Below, one piece after another: positions 22,325 to 32,742 of a DNA stretch of 64,000 nt. Each line of letters opens with the position of its first letter. Positions within the stretch are counted from its first letter, which is position 1. The position numbers and the translations under genes were made by a program. The stretch comes from Synechococcus sp. (GTDB lineage: Bacteria > Cyanobacteriota > Cyanobacteriia > PCC-6307 > Cyanobiaceae), in the NCBI GenBank assembly GCA_049619435.1, contig JBMZMY010000004.1, positions 318 through 64,317 of the forward strand, given 5' to 3'. The notes below the pieces were generated by a model. That model saw only the letters and a list, made by a program, of their open reading frames with translations, did not search any database and was not told where the DNA came from.

Positions 22325-23188
22325 TCAGGAATCGCGTCCGCCACGGCTCCGCTTGGAGGTCTTGCGACGCTTCCGGAGCACGTATCGGTTGCTGGGTTTG
22401 TTCCGCTTGCGGGTCTTGAGACCGAGGGCGGGTTTGCCCCAGGGGGTCACCGGGCCGGAACGGCCGATCGGTGCACGACCCTCACCACCACCGTGGGGGT
22501 GATCGCAGGGGTTCATCACACTGCCTCGAACCTGAGGACGGCGACCGAGCCAGCGGCGACGACCGGCCTTACCCAGGCTGGTGTTGCGCACTTCGGCATT
22601 GCCGACTTCGCCGAGGGTGGCGTAGCACTCGCGACGGACGAGGCGCACCTCAGTGGAGGGCAGCTTGAGGGCGACGTAGTCGCCTTCCTTCGCCATCACC
22701 TGGGCGCTGGCACCGGCGGTCCGGACCATCTGACCACCGCGGCCGGCGTAGAGCTCGACGCAGTGAACGCTGGAGCCCAGGGGCACGGAGGACAGCGGCA
22801 TGGCGTTGCCGCTTTCGATCGGTGCATCGGGGCCGGAGACCACGGTCTGGCCCACCTGAACGCCTGCAGGGGCAAGGATGTAGCGCTTCTCGCCATCGGC
22901 GTAGAAGAGCAACGCCAGACGCGCATTGCGATGCGGGTCGTAGTGGATGGCTGCGACCTTGGCCGGAATCCCGTGCTTGTTGCGACGGAAGTCGACGACG
23001 CGGTACAGCCGCTTATGACCACCACCGCGGTGGCGGCAGGTGATCACACCACGGTTGTTGCGACCCTTGCGGCGGTGCTTGGCGACCACCAGGGTGCGTT
23101 CCGGCTTGCGGCCGGTGACTTCACTGAAGTCAGTGACCACCCGGGTGCGTGTTCCGGGGGTGTAGGGGCGGTAATTACGGATTGCCAT
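22325..23188 (-). CDS. rplB: 50S ribosomal protein L2
   Basis: [21 protein letters not shown]. Confidence 0.99.
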   Translation of the reverse strand: MAIRNYRPYTPGTRTRVVTDFSEVTGRKPERTLVVAKHRRKGRNNRGVITCRHRGGGHKRLYRVVDFRRNKHGIPAKVAAIHYDPHRNARLALLFYADGEKRYILAPAGVQVGQTVVSGPDAPIESGNAMPLSSVPLGSSVHCVELYAGRGGQMVRTAGASAQVMAKEGDYVALKLPSTEVRLVRRECYATLGEVGNAEVRNTSLGKAGRRRWLGRRPQVRGSVMNPCDHPHGGGEGRAPIGRSGPVTPWGKPALGLKTRKRNKPSNRYVLRKRRKTSKRSRGGRDS

Positions 23189-23203
23189 GACGATTCAGAC
23201 CCC

Positions 23204-23506
23204 TCAGGACTCAGGGAAGAGTTGGATTGAGTTGCCTTCCGCCAGGCGCACCACAGCCTTCTTCACCTGGGCGCGTTTGCCGGCGAAGCGGCCCATCCGA
23301 CGGCTGCGCCGCGGTGGGTTCATGGTGCTGATGCCGGTGACCTTGACGTCAAACAGCTGCTCGATGGCGGCTTTGATGTCAGGCTTCGCGGCGCGGTGGT
23401 CAACCTCGAAGGTGTACTGATTCAGCTCGAGGGCACGGGTGGCCTTCTCGGTGATCAGAGGGCGACGGATCACATCCGCCAGACGTCCTTGGAAACGCTC
23501 AGTCAT
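23204..23506 (-). CDS. rplW: 50S ribosomal protein L23
   Basis: PLITEKA, KKAVVRL; start ATG 23506. Confidence 0.98.
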   Translation of the reverse strand: MTERFQGRLADVIRRPLITEKATRALELNQYTFEVDHRAAKPDIKAAIEQLFDVKVTGISTMNPPRRSRRMGRFAGKRAQVKKAVVRLAEGNSIQLFPES

Positions 23507-24134
23507 CGGCGTAGACCTCCTGGATGGTGGCAAGAGCGTCCTCGCCCAGCACCAAGGCGTTGGCGTGGAGCAGATCGAAGACGTTGAGCTGATCTGCAGC
23601 GATCAGCTTGACCTTCTCGAGGTTGCGAACCGAGCGGCGCACAACGTCCGAGGGGGAGGTCAGAACGATCAGCACCTTGGCGTCGGCAGCGATGCCGAGA
23701 CGGCCGAGGGCATCGATGATCTCGCGCGTTTTGGGGGCGTCGAGAGCGGCACCGAAATCCTTCACCACGGTGACGTCATCAATGCGGGCCATCAACGCGG
23801 TGCGCAGGGCCAGACGACGTTCCTTGCGGTTCATCGCAAGGTTGTAGGTGCGGGGCTTCGGTCCGAAGACGATGCCACCACCGGGACGCAGAGGCGTGCG
23901 GATCGAACCCTGACGGGCGCGACCTGTTCCTTTCTGTTTGTAGGGCTTGCGGCCACCACCACGCACTTCCGAGCGAGTCAGGGTGCTGGCAGTGCCTTGG
24001 CGACTGTGGGCCTGCTGACGCAGAACCGCACGGTGCATGAGGTCCACAGCTGTGGACTCTTTGGCCACCTTCAGGTCCAGGGTTGCCTTGCCGGCTTCCT
24101 TGCCCTGCCAATCACGAACGACACAACTGGCCAT
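23499..24134 (-). CDS. rplD: 50S ribosomal protein L4
   Basis: [24 protein letters not shown]. Confidence 0.99.
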   Translation of the reverse strand: MASCVVRDWQGKEAGKATLDLKVAKESTAVDLMHRAVLRQQAHSRQGTASTLTRSEVRGGGRKPYKQKGTGRARQGSIRTPLRPGGGIVFGPKPRTYNLAMNRKERRLALRTALMARIDDVTVVKDFGAALDAPKTREIIDALGRLGIAADAKVLIVLTSPSDVVRRSVRNLEKVKLIAADQLNVFDLLHANALVLGEDALATIQEVYADD

Positions 24135-24790
24135 CACTTACCTCCTTGAGTGGCTTTGGAGCCCACCCGATTCGCAGGACGAATATTCAGCAGTGCACCA
24201 GGCTTGCCGGGAACCGATCCCTTGACCACGAGCAGGTTGCGCTCGGTATCGATCTTGAGGATGGTCAGGCCGCGGGTGGTGATTTTCTTGCCGCCGTAGC
24301 GACCAGCCATCCGCTTTCCGGGATAGATGCGACCGGGTGTGGTGCCTGCGCCGGTGGAACCAGGTTCACGGTGATTCTTCGAACCGTGCGTCATCGGGCC
24401 ACGGCTGAAGCCGTGACGCTTCTGATAACCAGAGAAGCCACGGCCGACGGTGTCGCCGCTGACATCAACTTTCTGACCGGCTTCGAAATCACTGACCGTG
24501 ACGTCGGCGCCAAGCTCAATGCCATCGACGGCATCCACGCGGTACTCACGCAGGTGACGAAGCACAGAGTCGCCGGACTTGGCCAGGTGACCCTTGGCAG
24601 GCTTGTTGACCAGCTTTTCGCGCGTATCGCCGAAGCCGATCTGCACCGCCGCGTAACCGTCGGTGTCGTTGTTCTTGATTTGGGTGATCCGGCAGGGACC
24701 AGCTTCGATCAGGGTGACCGGAACTGCTCTGCCCTGCTCGTCGAAGAACTGGGACATGCCCAGTTTCTTCCCGAGAATGCCGATTGACAT
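24134..24790 (-). CDS. rplC: 50S ribosomal protein L3
   Basis: [24 protein letters not shown]; start ATG 24790. Confidence 0.99.
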   Translation of the reverse strand: MSIGILGKKLGMSQFFDEQGRAVPVTLIEAGPCRITQIKNNDTDGYAAVQIGFGDTREKLVNKPAKGHLAKSGDSVLRHLREYRVDAVDGIELGADVTVSDFEAGQKVDVSGDTVGRGFSGYQKRHGFSRGPMTHGSKNHREPGSTGAGTTPGRIYPGKRMAGRYGGKKITTRGLTILKIDTERNLLVVKGSVPGKPGALLNIRPANRVGSKATQGGK

Positions 24791-25092
24791 GGATGGGGAG
24801 GAAGCGCCAGCGTGGACAACCACCAGGCGGAGAACCGCATGGGGTCAGGTGCTGATCGATTGGACGCAGACGTGGTTCGAAGGGGAACTCCCGAAGGAGT
24901 GGATTCGAATGGGCTAGCGAACGATTCAGCGAGGCTGGGACTTGAACCTCGGCGCGAACGCATGGAGGATTCAGTTTCCCGACGTTTGATCCCGACGAAT
25001 CAGACGTACTGGCCTTGAGATTCAGCGCTACCGCTGAATCTGTTCTGAGCTCTGGAGGCCCGGCTAGCGGACGGGCACAGAAATGCAGAACA
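24791..25092 (-). promoter_or_regulatory. Long structured 5' leader of the rplC superoperon (candidate r-protein leader)
   Basis: Several hairpins, including ACTCC-TTCG-GGAGT (24887-24900) and a perfect 10-bp stem (25018-25041). Confidence 0.5.
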
Positions 25093-25174
25093 AACAACGA
25101 CCCTACAACACAGCTGAAACCCTTCTCTCTTCTCCTGATCTACTGCCAGACTCTCTGCCAGCTCTGGTCGTTCC

Positions 25175-25636
25175 ATGCCTCTGCTTCTTACCGGTCGGGG
25201 ATTTCGCCGCGATCTTGAAGCCAGTGGTTGTCTGGCCGTTCATGCCCCCCTTGAAGGTGGCGCCGAGACACGGTTGTTGAGGCGGCTGCGTGGAGCGGGC
25301 TATCGCACCCGGATCACCTCCGCTCGTGGCTTGGGAGATCCCGAGGTGTTCCTCACCCAGAAGCACGGCATCCGTCCCCCTCACCTCGGCCATCAGAGCG
25401 TCGGCCGTGGTGCCGCGGTCGGTGAAGTCCAGGAGGTAGCGCCTCAGCTGGGTGATCTTTTTGTCGGGACTGACCCTGTCGCCCTTTGGTTGCTCGAGGG
25501 TCAGGTGTTGTCCCGGTCGGAATTGCTTTCGCTTTGCGACCTCTGCCGGCGTGAGCCACGACTCAAGATCATCGTTGAAATGGGTGGTTCCAGGAGCCTG
25601 CGATGGCAGCCGATGTCGACGCTGCTGCAGGGCTGA
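25175..25636 (+). CDS. ndhN: NDH-1 complex subunit N
   Basis: [27 protein letters not shown] motifs. Confidence 0.95.
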   Translation: MPLLLTGRGFRRDLEASGCLAVHAPLEGGAETRLLRRLRGAGYRTRITSARGLGDPEVFLTQKHGIRPPHLGHQSVGRGAAVGEVQEVAPQLGDLFVGTDPVALWLLEGQVLSRSELLSLCDLCRREPRLKIIVEMGGSRSLRWQPMSTLLQG

Positions 25637-26646
25637 GCCCTGACAACGCCCTGGCTGAGGGGCGATGGGTCAAGTTGATCTGTGGGGCCAGCAATCAGGA
25701 TCTGCCTGCGATCGCTGACCTCACGGCGGTTTACGCCGTCGCAGGCGTCCACTGCGTGGATGTGGCCGCTGATCCTGCTGTCATTCGTGCCGCCCGGATT
25801 GGTTTGGATTGGGCTGAGACCCTCGTGGGTCATCGCCCCTGGCTGATGGTCAGCCTCAGCGATGGTGCTGATCCGCATTTCCGCAAGGCTTGGTTTGACC
25901 CGAGCCTTTGTCCGCTGGATTGCCCCCGTCCCTGCACGAGGGTTTGCCCAGCCGATGCCATTCCGGCGGACGGCGTCGATCGCCAACGTTGCTACGGCTG
26001 TGGTCGTTGTCTGCCGGCCTGTCCGCTGGGTTTGATCTCGGAGCAGGAGCATCGCGTGCCTGTCATGGCCATGGCCGATCTCCTCCGTGCGGAGCGCCCC
26101 GACGCCGTTGAAATTCACACCTCGCCTGGTCGCAGCGTTGAATTTGCTGCGGTTGTTGCGTCGCTCGCCATGTCCCAGCTGCCGCTTCGCCGTCTTGCGG
26201 TGAGTTGCGGGCTCGAGGGCCACGGTCTGGACGCTGCTGGCCTTGCCGCCGAACTCTGGTGTCGCTATCTCGTGCTGCGATCCCATGGATTCAGGCCGCT
26301 GTGGCAGCTGGATGGACGTCCGATGCGTGGCGATGTCGGTGCAGGCACGTCCCGTGCAGCAGTCCAGCTCTGGCGGTCGCTGTTGCCTGTGGCGCCTCCC
26401 GGACCGCTTCAGCTGGCTGGTGGCACCAATGCCGCAACGCTGGGTCACCTCGCTGTGCATGAGCGGCCTGCCGGGATCGCGTTCGGTGGCATGGCGCGCC
26501 GCCTGCTGCAACCCCTGCTTCAGGAGGCCCAGCAGCGGGGGACATCACTGCGGGAGTGGCCGGAGGGCTGGACTGAGGCTGTGACCATCGCTCGGGATCT
26601 GGTGGAACCGTGGCGTGCACGCACGCCGCTTGGCCTCAGTTGCTAG
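25603..26646 (+). CDS. ldpA: LdpA, circadian-input 2x[4Fe-4S] protein
   Basis: [36 protein letters not shown] and [28 protein letters not shown]; start may be CTG 25633. Confidence 0.92.
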   Translation: MAADVDAAAGLSPDNALAEGRWVKLICGASNQDLPAIADLTAVYAVAGVHCVDVAADPAVIRAARIGLDWAETLVGHRPWLMVSLSDGADPHFRKAWFDPSLCPLDCPRPCTRVCPADAIPADGVDRQRCYGCGRCLPACPLGLISEQEHRVPVMAMADLLRAERPDAVEIHTSPGRSVEFAAVVASLAMSQLPLRRLAVSCGLEGHGLDAAGLAAELWCRYLVLRSHGFRPLWQLDGRPMRGDVGAGTSRAAVQLWRSLLPVAPPGPLQLAGGTNAATLGHLAVHERPAGIAFGGMARRLLQPLLQEAQQRGTSLREWPEGWTEAVTIARDLVEPWRARTPLGLSC

Positions 26647-26668
26647 AAGGCGGTCCGATCGAAGCGTC

Positions 26669-28318
26669 ATGAGCACACAACGGATCACGGACGATCTCGT
26701 GCGATTGCTGGAGCTGCTGCCCGATGGCGTGCAGCGCCACTTGGCCAGTGATGAGCGCCGCGAGGCGTTGCTCGAGGTGGTCCTCGATCTTGGGCGAGTT
26801 CCAGAGGCGCGTTATCCAGGCCGCGCCCTGTCGCTTGGAGAAACCCCCATGAGCCGCGACGATCTCGATGGGGTGGTGGCCCGTGTTGGTCGCTTCGGGG
26901 CCGATAACCGCGCAGGGATTGAGCGCACCCTCCATCGCATCAGCGCGATTCGCAACCGTCAGGGCGTTGTGGTCGGCTTGACCTGTCGTGTGGGCCGCGC
27001 CGTGTTCGGAACGGTGGCGATGGTTCGCGATCTGCTGGATGACGGTCAGTCTCTGCTGCTGATGGGACGCCCTGGCGTCGGCAAGACCACCGCCCTGCGT
27101 GAGATCGCAAGGGTCCTGGCCGATGATCTGCATCGTCGGGTGGTTGTCATCGACACCAGCAATGAGATCGCCGGTGACGGGGATGTACCGCATCCGGCCA
27201 TTGGACGCGCAAGACGGATGCAGGTCGCCCGACCTGAGCAGCAGCATCAGGTGATGATCGAGGCGGTTGAAAACCATATGCCTGAGGTCATCGTGATCGA
27301 TGAAATCGGCACGGAGCTGGAGGCACAGGCGGCGCGCACCATTGCCGAACGTGGGGTGATGTTGGTGGCGACGGCCCATGGCAATGCCCTCGCCAATCTG
27401 ATCAAGAACCCCACCTTGAGTGATCTGGTCGGTGGGATTCAGTCCGTCACCCTCGGTGATGACGAGGCACGCCGACGCCGGACGCAAAAAACCGTGCTCG
27501 AGCGTGCGGCGGAACCGACCTTCCCTGTTGCCGTGGAAATGCACAGCCGGCACATCTGGGCGGTGCATCCGGATGTCGCGGTCACGGTGGATCAGTTGCT
27601 GCGAGGACAGACTCCACGCGTCCAGCAGCGTCAGCTTCAGGAGGATGGCTCCGTTCAGTTGATCGAGCCCCGTCAGCCCCTGCAGCCCAAGCGGCCGGCC
27701 ACAACACCGACGGTCTTGTCTCGTCCCGCCTTGGCGATGGTCCCCATGCCTTCGCCGGTGGCCCCTCGTGAGGGTCGGGATCCGAGTCCGTCCCCGACGA
27801 CGGACTCCTCCGAGTCAACGGTCTCCCCACTGCAGGTGCTGTGCTGTGGCATCACGCCCCAGCTGGTGGAGCAGGTGGTGCGCCGCCATGGTTGGCCGGC
27901 TCGTCTGGTCGACGACCTCGCCGAAGCCGATGTTGTTCTGAGCGTGCGGCAGGGGCTGGGCCGTGAGCCATCGCTGCGCCGTCAGGCCCGAGAACTGAAG
28001 GTGCCGATCCTGGTGATCAAGGCTGACACCTTTGCGCAGGTGGAGCGTGCTCTCGACCGGTTGCTGACGCGGCGGCAGGAGCCAGCGTCCGTGGAGCCAC
28101 GCCCGGATCCAGGGTCGCTCGATGACGCCCTGGCTGCCCTTGAGGAATGCCGTCTGGCCGTGGAGCAGGTGGTGGTGCCCCACGGCCGTCCCGTGGAACT
28201 CCTGCCGCGGACCAAGCGTGTGCGTCAGATGCAGGAAGATCTGATCAGCAGATATCAATTGCGGAGCGATGAGTTCGGCTCGGATGACACCTGTCGGCTC
28301 CGTGTTTTCCCGCCCTAG
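26669..28318 (+). CDS. Ycf45/SpoIIIAA-like AAA ATPase with C-terminal R3H-like domain
   Basis: GRPGVGKTT, DTSNEIAGDGD, ENHMPEVIVIDEIG. Confidence 0.9.
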   Translation: MSTQRITDDLVRLLELLPDGVQRHLASDERREALLEVVLDLGRVPEARYPGRALSLGETPMSRDDLDGVVARVGRFGADNRAGIERTLHRISAIRNRQGVVVGLTCRVGRAVFGTVAMVRDLLDDGQSLLLMGRPGVGKTTALREIARVLADDLHRRVVVIDTSNEIAGDGDVPHPAIGRARRMQVARPEQQHQVMIEAVENHMPEVIVIDEIGTELEAQAARTIAERGVMLVATAHGNALANLIKNPTLSDLVGGIQSVTLGDDEARRRRTQKTVLERAAEPTFPVAVEMHSRHIWAVHPDVAVTVDQLLRGQTPRVQQRQLQEDGSVQLIEPRQPLQPKRPATTPTVLSRPALAMVPMPSPVAPREGRDPSPSPTTDSSESTVSPLQVLCCGITPQLVEQVVRRHGWPARLVDDLAEADVVLSVRQGLGREPSLRRQARELKVPILVIKADTFAQVERALDRLLTRRQEPASVEPRPDPGSLDDALAALEECRLAVEQVVVPHGRPVELLPRTKRVRQMQEDLISRYQLRSDEFGSDDTCRLRVFPP

Positions 28319-28417
28319 GAGCAGTAACAGTCCCCAATGGATTGACGAAGGTGACGCCGTTGTGGGTAACTATTGAGACGCCGGTGCTCTGCAAGCAAGC
28401 GGAGCAGTCCGGAACAT

Positions 28418-28489
28418 TGGGCCGTCGCCAAGTGGTAAGGCAGCGGGTTTTGGTCCCGCCATTCCTAGGTTCGAATCCTAGCGGCCCAG
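28418..28489 (+). tRNA. tRNA-Gln(TTG)
   Basis: TGGGCCG...GCGGG TT TTG GT CCCGC...GGTTCGAATCC...CGGCCCAG cloverleaf. Confidence 0.97.
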
Positions 28490-28495
28490 TTTTGA

Positions 28496-29245
28496 ATGAC
28501 TCATCGCGCTCTCCTTGTCTTCGACTTCGACGGCGTCATTGTTGACGGCATGGAGGAGTACTGGTGGAGTGCCCGCCACGCGGCTGGAATGTTGTGGCCA
28601 GCTTTGAAGGCTGACCTGCCGGTTGCTGTTCCCTTGGTGTTTCGGCAGCTGCGGCCCTGGGTCCATCACGGCTGGGAAATGGTGCTGCTGGCGGCTGAGT
28701 TGGAGCGCATTGATGTCGGGGAGTGGGTGGCCGACTATGCGTTGAAGCAGCGCCATGCGATGGAGCGTTTGGCTGTGGCTCCGGAGGCGTTGCAGCAGGC
28801 TCTCGATCGCACCCGGGACGATGCCCTGGCCACCGATCGCGGTCAGTGGCTGGCCTTGCATCGCCCATTCCCCGGAGTTGTGGAACGGTTGCGCTCCTTT
28901 GCTGCCGAAGGGATTGATTGGGCGGTGCTCACGACCAAGGGAGCGTCATTCACCGCAGAGTTGCTCGATGGCCTGGGATTGCAGCCCTGGCGTTTGTACG
29001 GGCGTGAGGATGGGGCCAAGCCTGAGGTCTTGCTCCGTCTCCAGCAGGAACGAGCATTGCGTGCCTTTGTTGAGGATCGACGCGCCACCCTGGAGACGGT
29101 GCGCGCCACGCCCGGATTGGAGCGGTTGACCTGTCTGTTGGTGAGCTGGGGCTATCTCAAGCCGGAGGATGTCCTCGACCTGCCGGACGGCATTCATCGG
29201 ATCGACCCCGAAGACCTTGCTCGCCCCTTGGCGCAGTGGCCCTGA
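28496..29245 (+). CDS. HAD-superfamily hydrolase
   Basis: FDFDGVI motif I, LTTK, FVEDR, WGY. Confidence 0.88.
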   Translation: MTHRALLVFDFDGVIVDGMEEYWWSARHAAGMLWPALKADLPVAVPLVFRQLRPWVHHGWEMVLLAAELERIDVGEWVADYALKQRHAMERLAVAPEALQQALDRTRDDALATDRGQWLALHRPFPGVVERLRSFAAEGIDWAVLTTKGASFTAELLDGLGLQPWRLYGREDGAKPEVLLRLQQERALRAFVEDRRATLETVRATPGLERLTCLLVSWGYLKPEDVLDLPDGIHRIDPEDLARPLAQWP

Positions 29246-29253
29246 TTCGCTAG

Positions 29254-29267
29254 CGTACGTGTGTACT
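29254..29267. promoter_or_regulatory. Cyanobacterial-type LexA box upstream of recA
   Basis: CGTACGTGTGTACT = GTAC-N4-GTAC inverted repeat, 64 nt before the recA ATG; close to the RGTACNNNDGTWCB consensus. Confidence 0.8.
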
Positions 29268-29331
29268 ACCTGAGACGATTCGGCGCTCCTGTGGCATTGG
29301 ATCTCTCGTTCCTTAGCTTCAGGTTGCTGTC

Positions 29332-30495
29332 ATGCCCGTTGAGATGAAATCCGCCCCCTCCGGTTCTGAGTCCCGCGCCACGGATGGTCGTCCCGGAGAG
29401 CGCGACAAAGCGCTGAATCTGGTGCTCGGTCAGATCGAGCGCAATTTCGGCAAAGGCTCGATCATGCGCCTTGGGGATGCCTCCCGGATGCGGGTGGAAA
29501 CGATCTCCACCGGGGCGCTCACCCTTGATCTGGCCCTCGGCGGTGGCTACCCCAAAGGTCGGGTGGTTGAGATCTATGGCCCGGAAAGTTCCGGTAAAAC
29601 CACGCTGACACTGCACGCGATTGCCGAGGTGCAGAAGCGTGGCGGTGTTGCGGCGTTCGTCGACGCGGAGCATGCCCTTGATCCGGTCTATGCCGCGTCC
29701 CTCGGGGTGGATATCGAAAATCTGCTGGTCTCCCAGCCGGACACCGGTGAAATGGCGCTGGAGATCGTTGATCAGCTGGTGCGTTCCGCTGCGGTGGACA
29801 TCGTTGTGGTCGACTCCGTCGCTGCGCTGACGCCCCGTGCGGAGATCGAAGGAGAGATGGGGGATCTGGCGGTGGGCAGCCAGGCGCGTCTGATGAGCCA
29901 GGCGATGCGCAAGATCACTGGCAACATCGGCAAATCCGGTTGCACGGTGATCTTCCTCAACCAGTTACGCCTCAAGATCGGTGTGACCTATGGCAACCCC
30001 GAGACGACCACTGGTGGTAACGCACTCAAGTTTTATGCCTCCGTGCGTCTGGATATCCGCCGGATTCAAACGTTGAAGAAAGGCACGGAAGAATTCGGCA
30101 TCCGGGCCAAGGTGAAGGTGGCCAAGAACAAAGTGGCTCCACCGTTTCGGATTGCGGAATTCGACATCCTGTTTGGGCGAGGCATCAGCACACTCGGCTG
30201 TTTGCTCGATCTGGCGGAAGAGACGGGTGTCGTCGTTCGAAAGGGCGCCTGGTACAGCTACGAAGGCGACAACATCGGCCAGGGGCGGGATAACACCATC
30301 ACCTGGATGGAGCAAAACCCGGAGACTGCTGAAACCATCGAAACGCTGGTGCGGCAGAAGCTCACCGAGGGCTCTGAGGTGACGGCGAATTCCATGCGTC
30401 CGCTGGCGGCTGCTGCGCGCACGAGTCAGCAAGAGAAGAAGGCGGATCTCAAGGCGGCGGGGTCGTCTGCCTCTGGTGCGTCGCCTGCCTCCTGA
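29332..30495 (+). CDS. recA: Recombinase A
   Basis: [38 protein letters not shown]. Confidence 0.99.
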   Translation: MPVEMKSAPSGSESRATDGRPGERDKALNLVLGQIERNFGKGSIMRLGDASRMRVETISTGALTLDLALGGGYPKGRVVEIYGPESSGKTTLTLHAIAEVQKRGGVAAFVDAEHALDPVYAASLGVDIENLLVSQPDTGEMALEIVDQLVRSAAVDIVVVDSVAALTPRAEIEGEMGDLAVGSQARLMSQAMRKITGNIGKSGCTVIFLNQLRLKIGVTYGNPETTTGGNALKFYASVRLDIRRIQTLKKGTEEFGIRAKVKVAKNKVAPPFRIAEFDILFGRGISTLGCLLDLAEETGVVVRKGAWYSYEGDNIGQGRDNTITWMEQNPETAETIETLVRQKLTEGSEVTANSMRPLAAAARTSQQEKKADLKAAGSSASGASPAS

Positions 30496-30496
30496 T

Positions 30497-30847
30497 TCAG
30501 ATTGCGCTCGGGATGTCGCTCTGCGGCATCCCGGTACTGGACTGATGCCGCAGCCGTTCGGCAATGCGGTGCAGCTCTTGAATAGCCTCGCCGCCCTCCA
30601 GCTTCACCAACTCATGGCCATTGCGGGATTCCACCCAGCTGATGCCGCAGTCGGAGACTTGAAAGCGGATCAGGTGCTGTTCGCCGATTTCAGCGACAAA
30701 CGAAGCTCCTTGGTTGTCCTGCATCGTCCCGCAGACGTAGCAGGCGGCCGAAATGCCATTCGCCTGGAGTCCTGTGGCCAGCGCCTGAAGGCTGAGGACG
30801 AGATCTTGAATGAGCGACCGATAGTGCTCAGCAAGGCGCAGAAACAT
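30497..30847 (-). CDS. Conserved cyanobacterial hypothetical protein (DUF1815-like)
   Basis: MFLRLAEHYR...SACYVC...GISWVESRNG.ELVKLEG; family recalled, not searched. Confidence 0.75.
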   Translation of the reverse strand: MFLRLAEHYRSLIQDLVLSLQALATGLQANGISAACYVCGTMQDNQGASFVAEIGEQHLIRFQVSDCGISWVESRNGHELVKLEGGEAIQELHRIAERLRHQSSTGMPQSDIPSAI

Positions 30848-30930
30848 GACTGAGTCTCTTTGAGAATCAGGCTAAAGGTTTTCTTTTGATTTCGGGGTGA
30901 CCTGTCTGGGATGGCGGTTCGACCGCGTTC

Positions 30931-31176
30931 TCAGGGCATATCCGCGAGGTTCCACCAGCCCGCGGCGGGGCCGATGAAGCGGACGATGATCCAGAACAAC
31001 ACCAGGCCACCGATGCCGATCCAGGCTCCCCGTGTGGTCACAGCCATGAACTGCCGGGTCTGGTTCTGGGTCAGGGGAAGCCAGGGCACAACCCTGGGGG
31101 AGGTGTCCTTGGCTTTGCTGGACTTTGCCTGGCGGGGCGGCAGTCCCTGGGCGGCCCGTCGGCGTGCTTCTCCCAT
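30931..31176 (-). CDS. Small membrane protein (DUF2839-like)
   Basis: MGEARRRA...GAWIGIGGLVLFWIIVRFIGPAAGWW; family recalled, not searched. Confidence 0.8.
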   Translation of the reverse strand: MGEARRRAAQGLPPRQAKSSKAKDTSPRVVPWLPLTQNQTRQFMAVTTRGAWIGIGGLVLFWIIVRFIGPAAGWWNLADMP

Positions 31177-31213
31177 CAATTTGAACCCTGGGTCCCCAGA
31201 TTAAGGACCTTGA

Positions 31214-32659
31214 TCAGTCGGGCAGCAGCCTGTGCAGAGGGACCCAGGGTTCCAGGGCCGTCAGCACCTGATCGCCCCAACGGCGACCACGTAAGCGGCC
31301 ATCCAGGATGGCCAGCCTCCCTCCGCTTTGTCGCAGTGGTGCAACGGCGGCGGGTAGCAGGCTGAGTGCTTCGGGCAGCAGCAGATTTCGGAACCAGTCG
31401 TCACCGTTCCGCTTCATGCGTTCCACGCGTGCGGCGGTGAGGGGTGAGGTGAGGCTGGCGATCGGCAGCAGGCCCACAATCAGCTGCTCCGGCTGAGGAA
31501 GTTGGTGCTGATGCTTGAGCCACCAGCTCCAGCGGGCACTGATCACCCCGTTCGGCTCCGGTGCTGTGGCCTCCTCCTTGACGCGGCTGCCGAATTCTGC
31601 GGCCAGGGCACTGGTGAGTCCCAGCCGTAGGGGGCTGTCATCGAGAAGAATCACCGTCAGGCCACGGCGCCCAAGCACCAGGCGGCGGCAGTGATCCAGC
31701 AGATGCTCGGCATAGATCTCGGTGTTGGGGAGCGGTTGATGCCGCGGCGCATAGATCGGGACCGGCTCCTGGAACGCACTGTCGCCAAGCGTCGCGGCGA
31801 CATCGGCCTCGAAGCCCGCGTCGTGTAATTCCTGATCGAGATGGCTGGTTTTGCCGATGCAGCTCAGCAGCAGCGTCGGCTGATCCCGCAACAGTCCCCG
31901 CAGGTGCTGCAATGGCTCCAGTGGTGCCAGCCGCCAGCTCCACTGCAGAAGGCTGTGGTCCAGCACAGCCCAGCTCACCCACCCATCGGCATCGGTCTGC
32001 AGCAGCTGTCCCCAGGGGTCTGGGGAGGGCTGCAGAAGCTGCAACAGATCCTTCAGGGCCTGAAGATCGGCACCTTCCATACGCAGGCGTCCATTGCGGT
32101 GGGTGACATCACGGAACAGGCGCCGACTTAAACGCTCGTGGAGATCGAGCAGGAGCCGATCCGCCTGAGGGTGTGCTCGACGGAGGATCTCCCAGTGGTG
32201 GGTGTCGATCCGGATGGTGAGGCTGCGCCTCAGTCGTCGGCTGAGCTGGTCCACATCGGGGATCAGCAGTTGGCGTCCCTCGAGCCATCCCTCGTGATGG
32301 GCGCGAATCAGTCCACTGGTGCCGAGCAGCCAAAGCTGGTCTCCGGGCGGCGGCGATGGACCATCCCAGCAAGGCAGCGGCACCCCCTGGTTGCGCAGTT
32401 TCGGCAGCTCAATCTGCAGCAGGCGTTCGCGCTGTCGCTGGTTGAGCACAAGAACGCAGTGGCTCGCCTTCAGACACAGAGGAACCAGCAGCCCGAGCCA
32501 CCAGCGATCCCGGCTGTCCGGACTCAGGTGGATCAGGGTTTGATCGCGACGGCGCAGGCTGCGGCCGACCAGGCGGCTCAGGGTGAGTTGGTGCGGCCAG
32601 GCCCCATCGTCTTGCCGAAGCAAGCTCTTGAGTTGTTGATGGGCCTGGGCTTCAAGCAT
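31214..32659 (-). CDS. DinG/Rad3-like helicase C-terminal domain protein (degenerate)
   Basis: WPHQLTLSRLVGRSL; C-terminal GRLAILDGRL..R.WG. Confidence 0.75.
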   Translation of the reverse strand: MLEAQAHQQLKSLLRQDDGAWPHQLTLSRLVGRSLRRRDQTLIHLSPDSRDRWWLGLLVPLCLKASHCVLVLNQRQRERLLQIELPKLRNQGVPLPCWDGPSPPPGDQLWLLGTSGLIRAHHEGWLEGRQLLIPDVDQLSRRLRRSLTIRIDTHHWEILRRAHPQADRLLLDLHERLSRRLFRDVTHRNGRLRMEGADLQALKDLLQLLQPSPDPWGQLLQTDADGWVSWAVLDHSLLQWSWRLAPLEPLQHLRGLLRDQPTLLLSCIGKTSHLDQELHDAGFEADVAATLGDSAFQEPVPIYAPRHQPLPNTEIYAEHLLDHCRRLVLGRRGLTVILLDDSPLRLGLTSALAAEFGSRVKEEATAPEPNGVISARWSWWLKHQHQLPQPEQLIVGLLPIASLTSPLTAARVERMKRNGDDWFRNLLLPEALSLLPAAVAPLRQSGGRLAILDGRLRGRRWGDQVLTALEPWVPLHRLLPD

Positions 32660-32742
32660 CGGTGAACCCTAGGCAGGGGGATGGAAGGCCATGGTTCATG
32701 GCAATCCATCGATCAACATGGCCGCCAGAGCAGCGATGAGCG

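Noticed and set aside
8337-24787. Many long + strand ORFs antisense to prfA and the ribosomal genes (e.g. 8337-9707, 13314-14492, 16220-17218)
   Set aside because: Shadow ORFs from high-GC codon bias opposite unambiguous genes; no recognisable motifs
24923-25040. c-di-AMP (ydaO) riboswitch suggested by the repeated GCTGAATC
   Set aside because: The rest of the consensus (GGGGGA, ACAGCUAAC segments) is absent and the gene context does not fit
28342-28373. Sigma70-type promoter for tRNA-Gln (TTGACG...TAACTAT)
   Set aside because: Good -35, but spacing to a credible -10 is off; not supportable by eye
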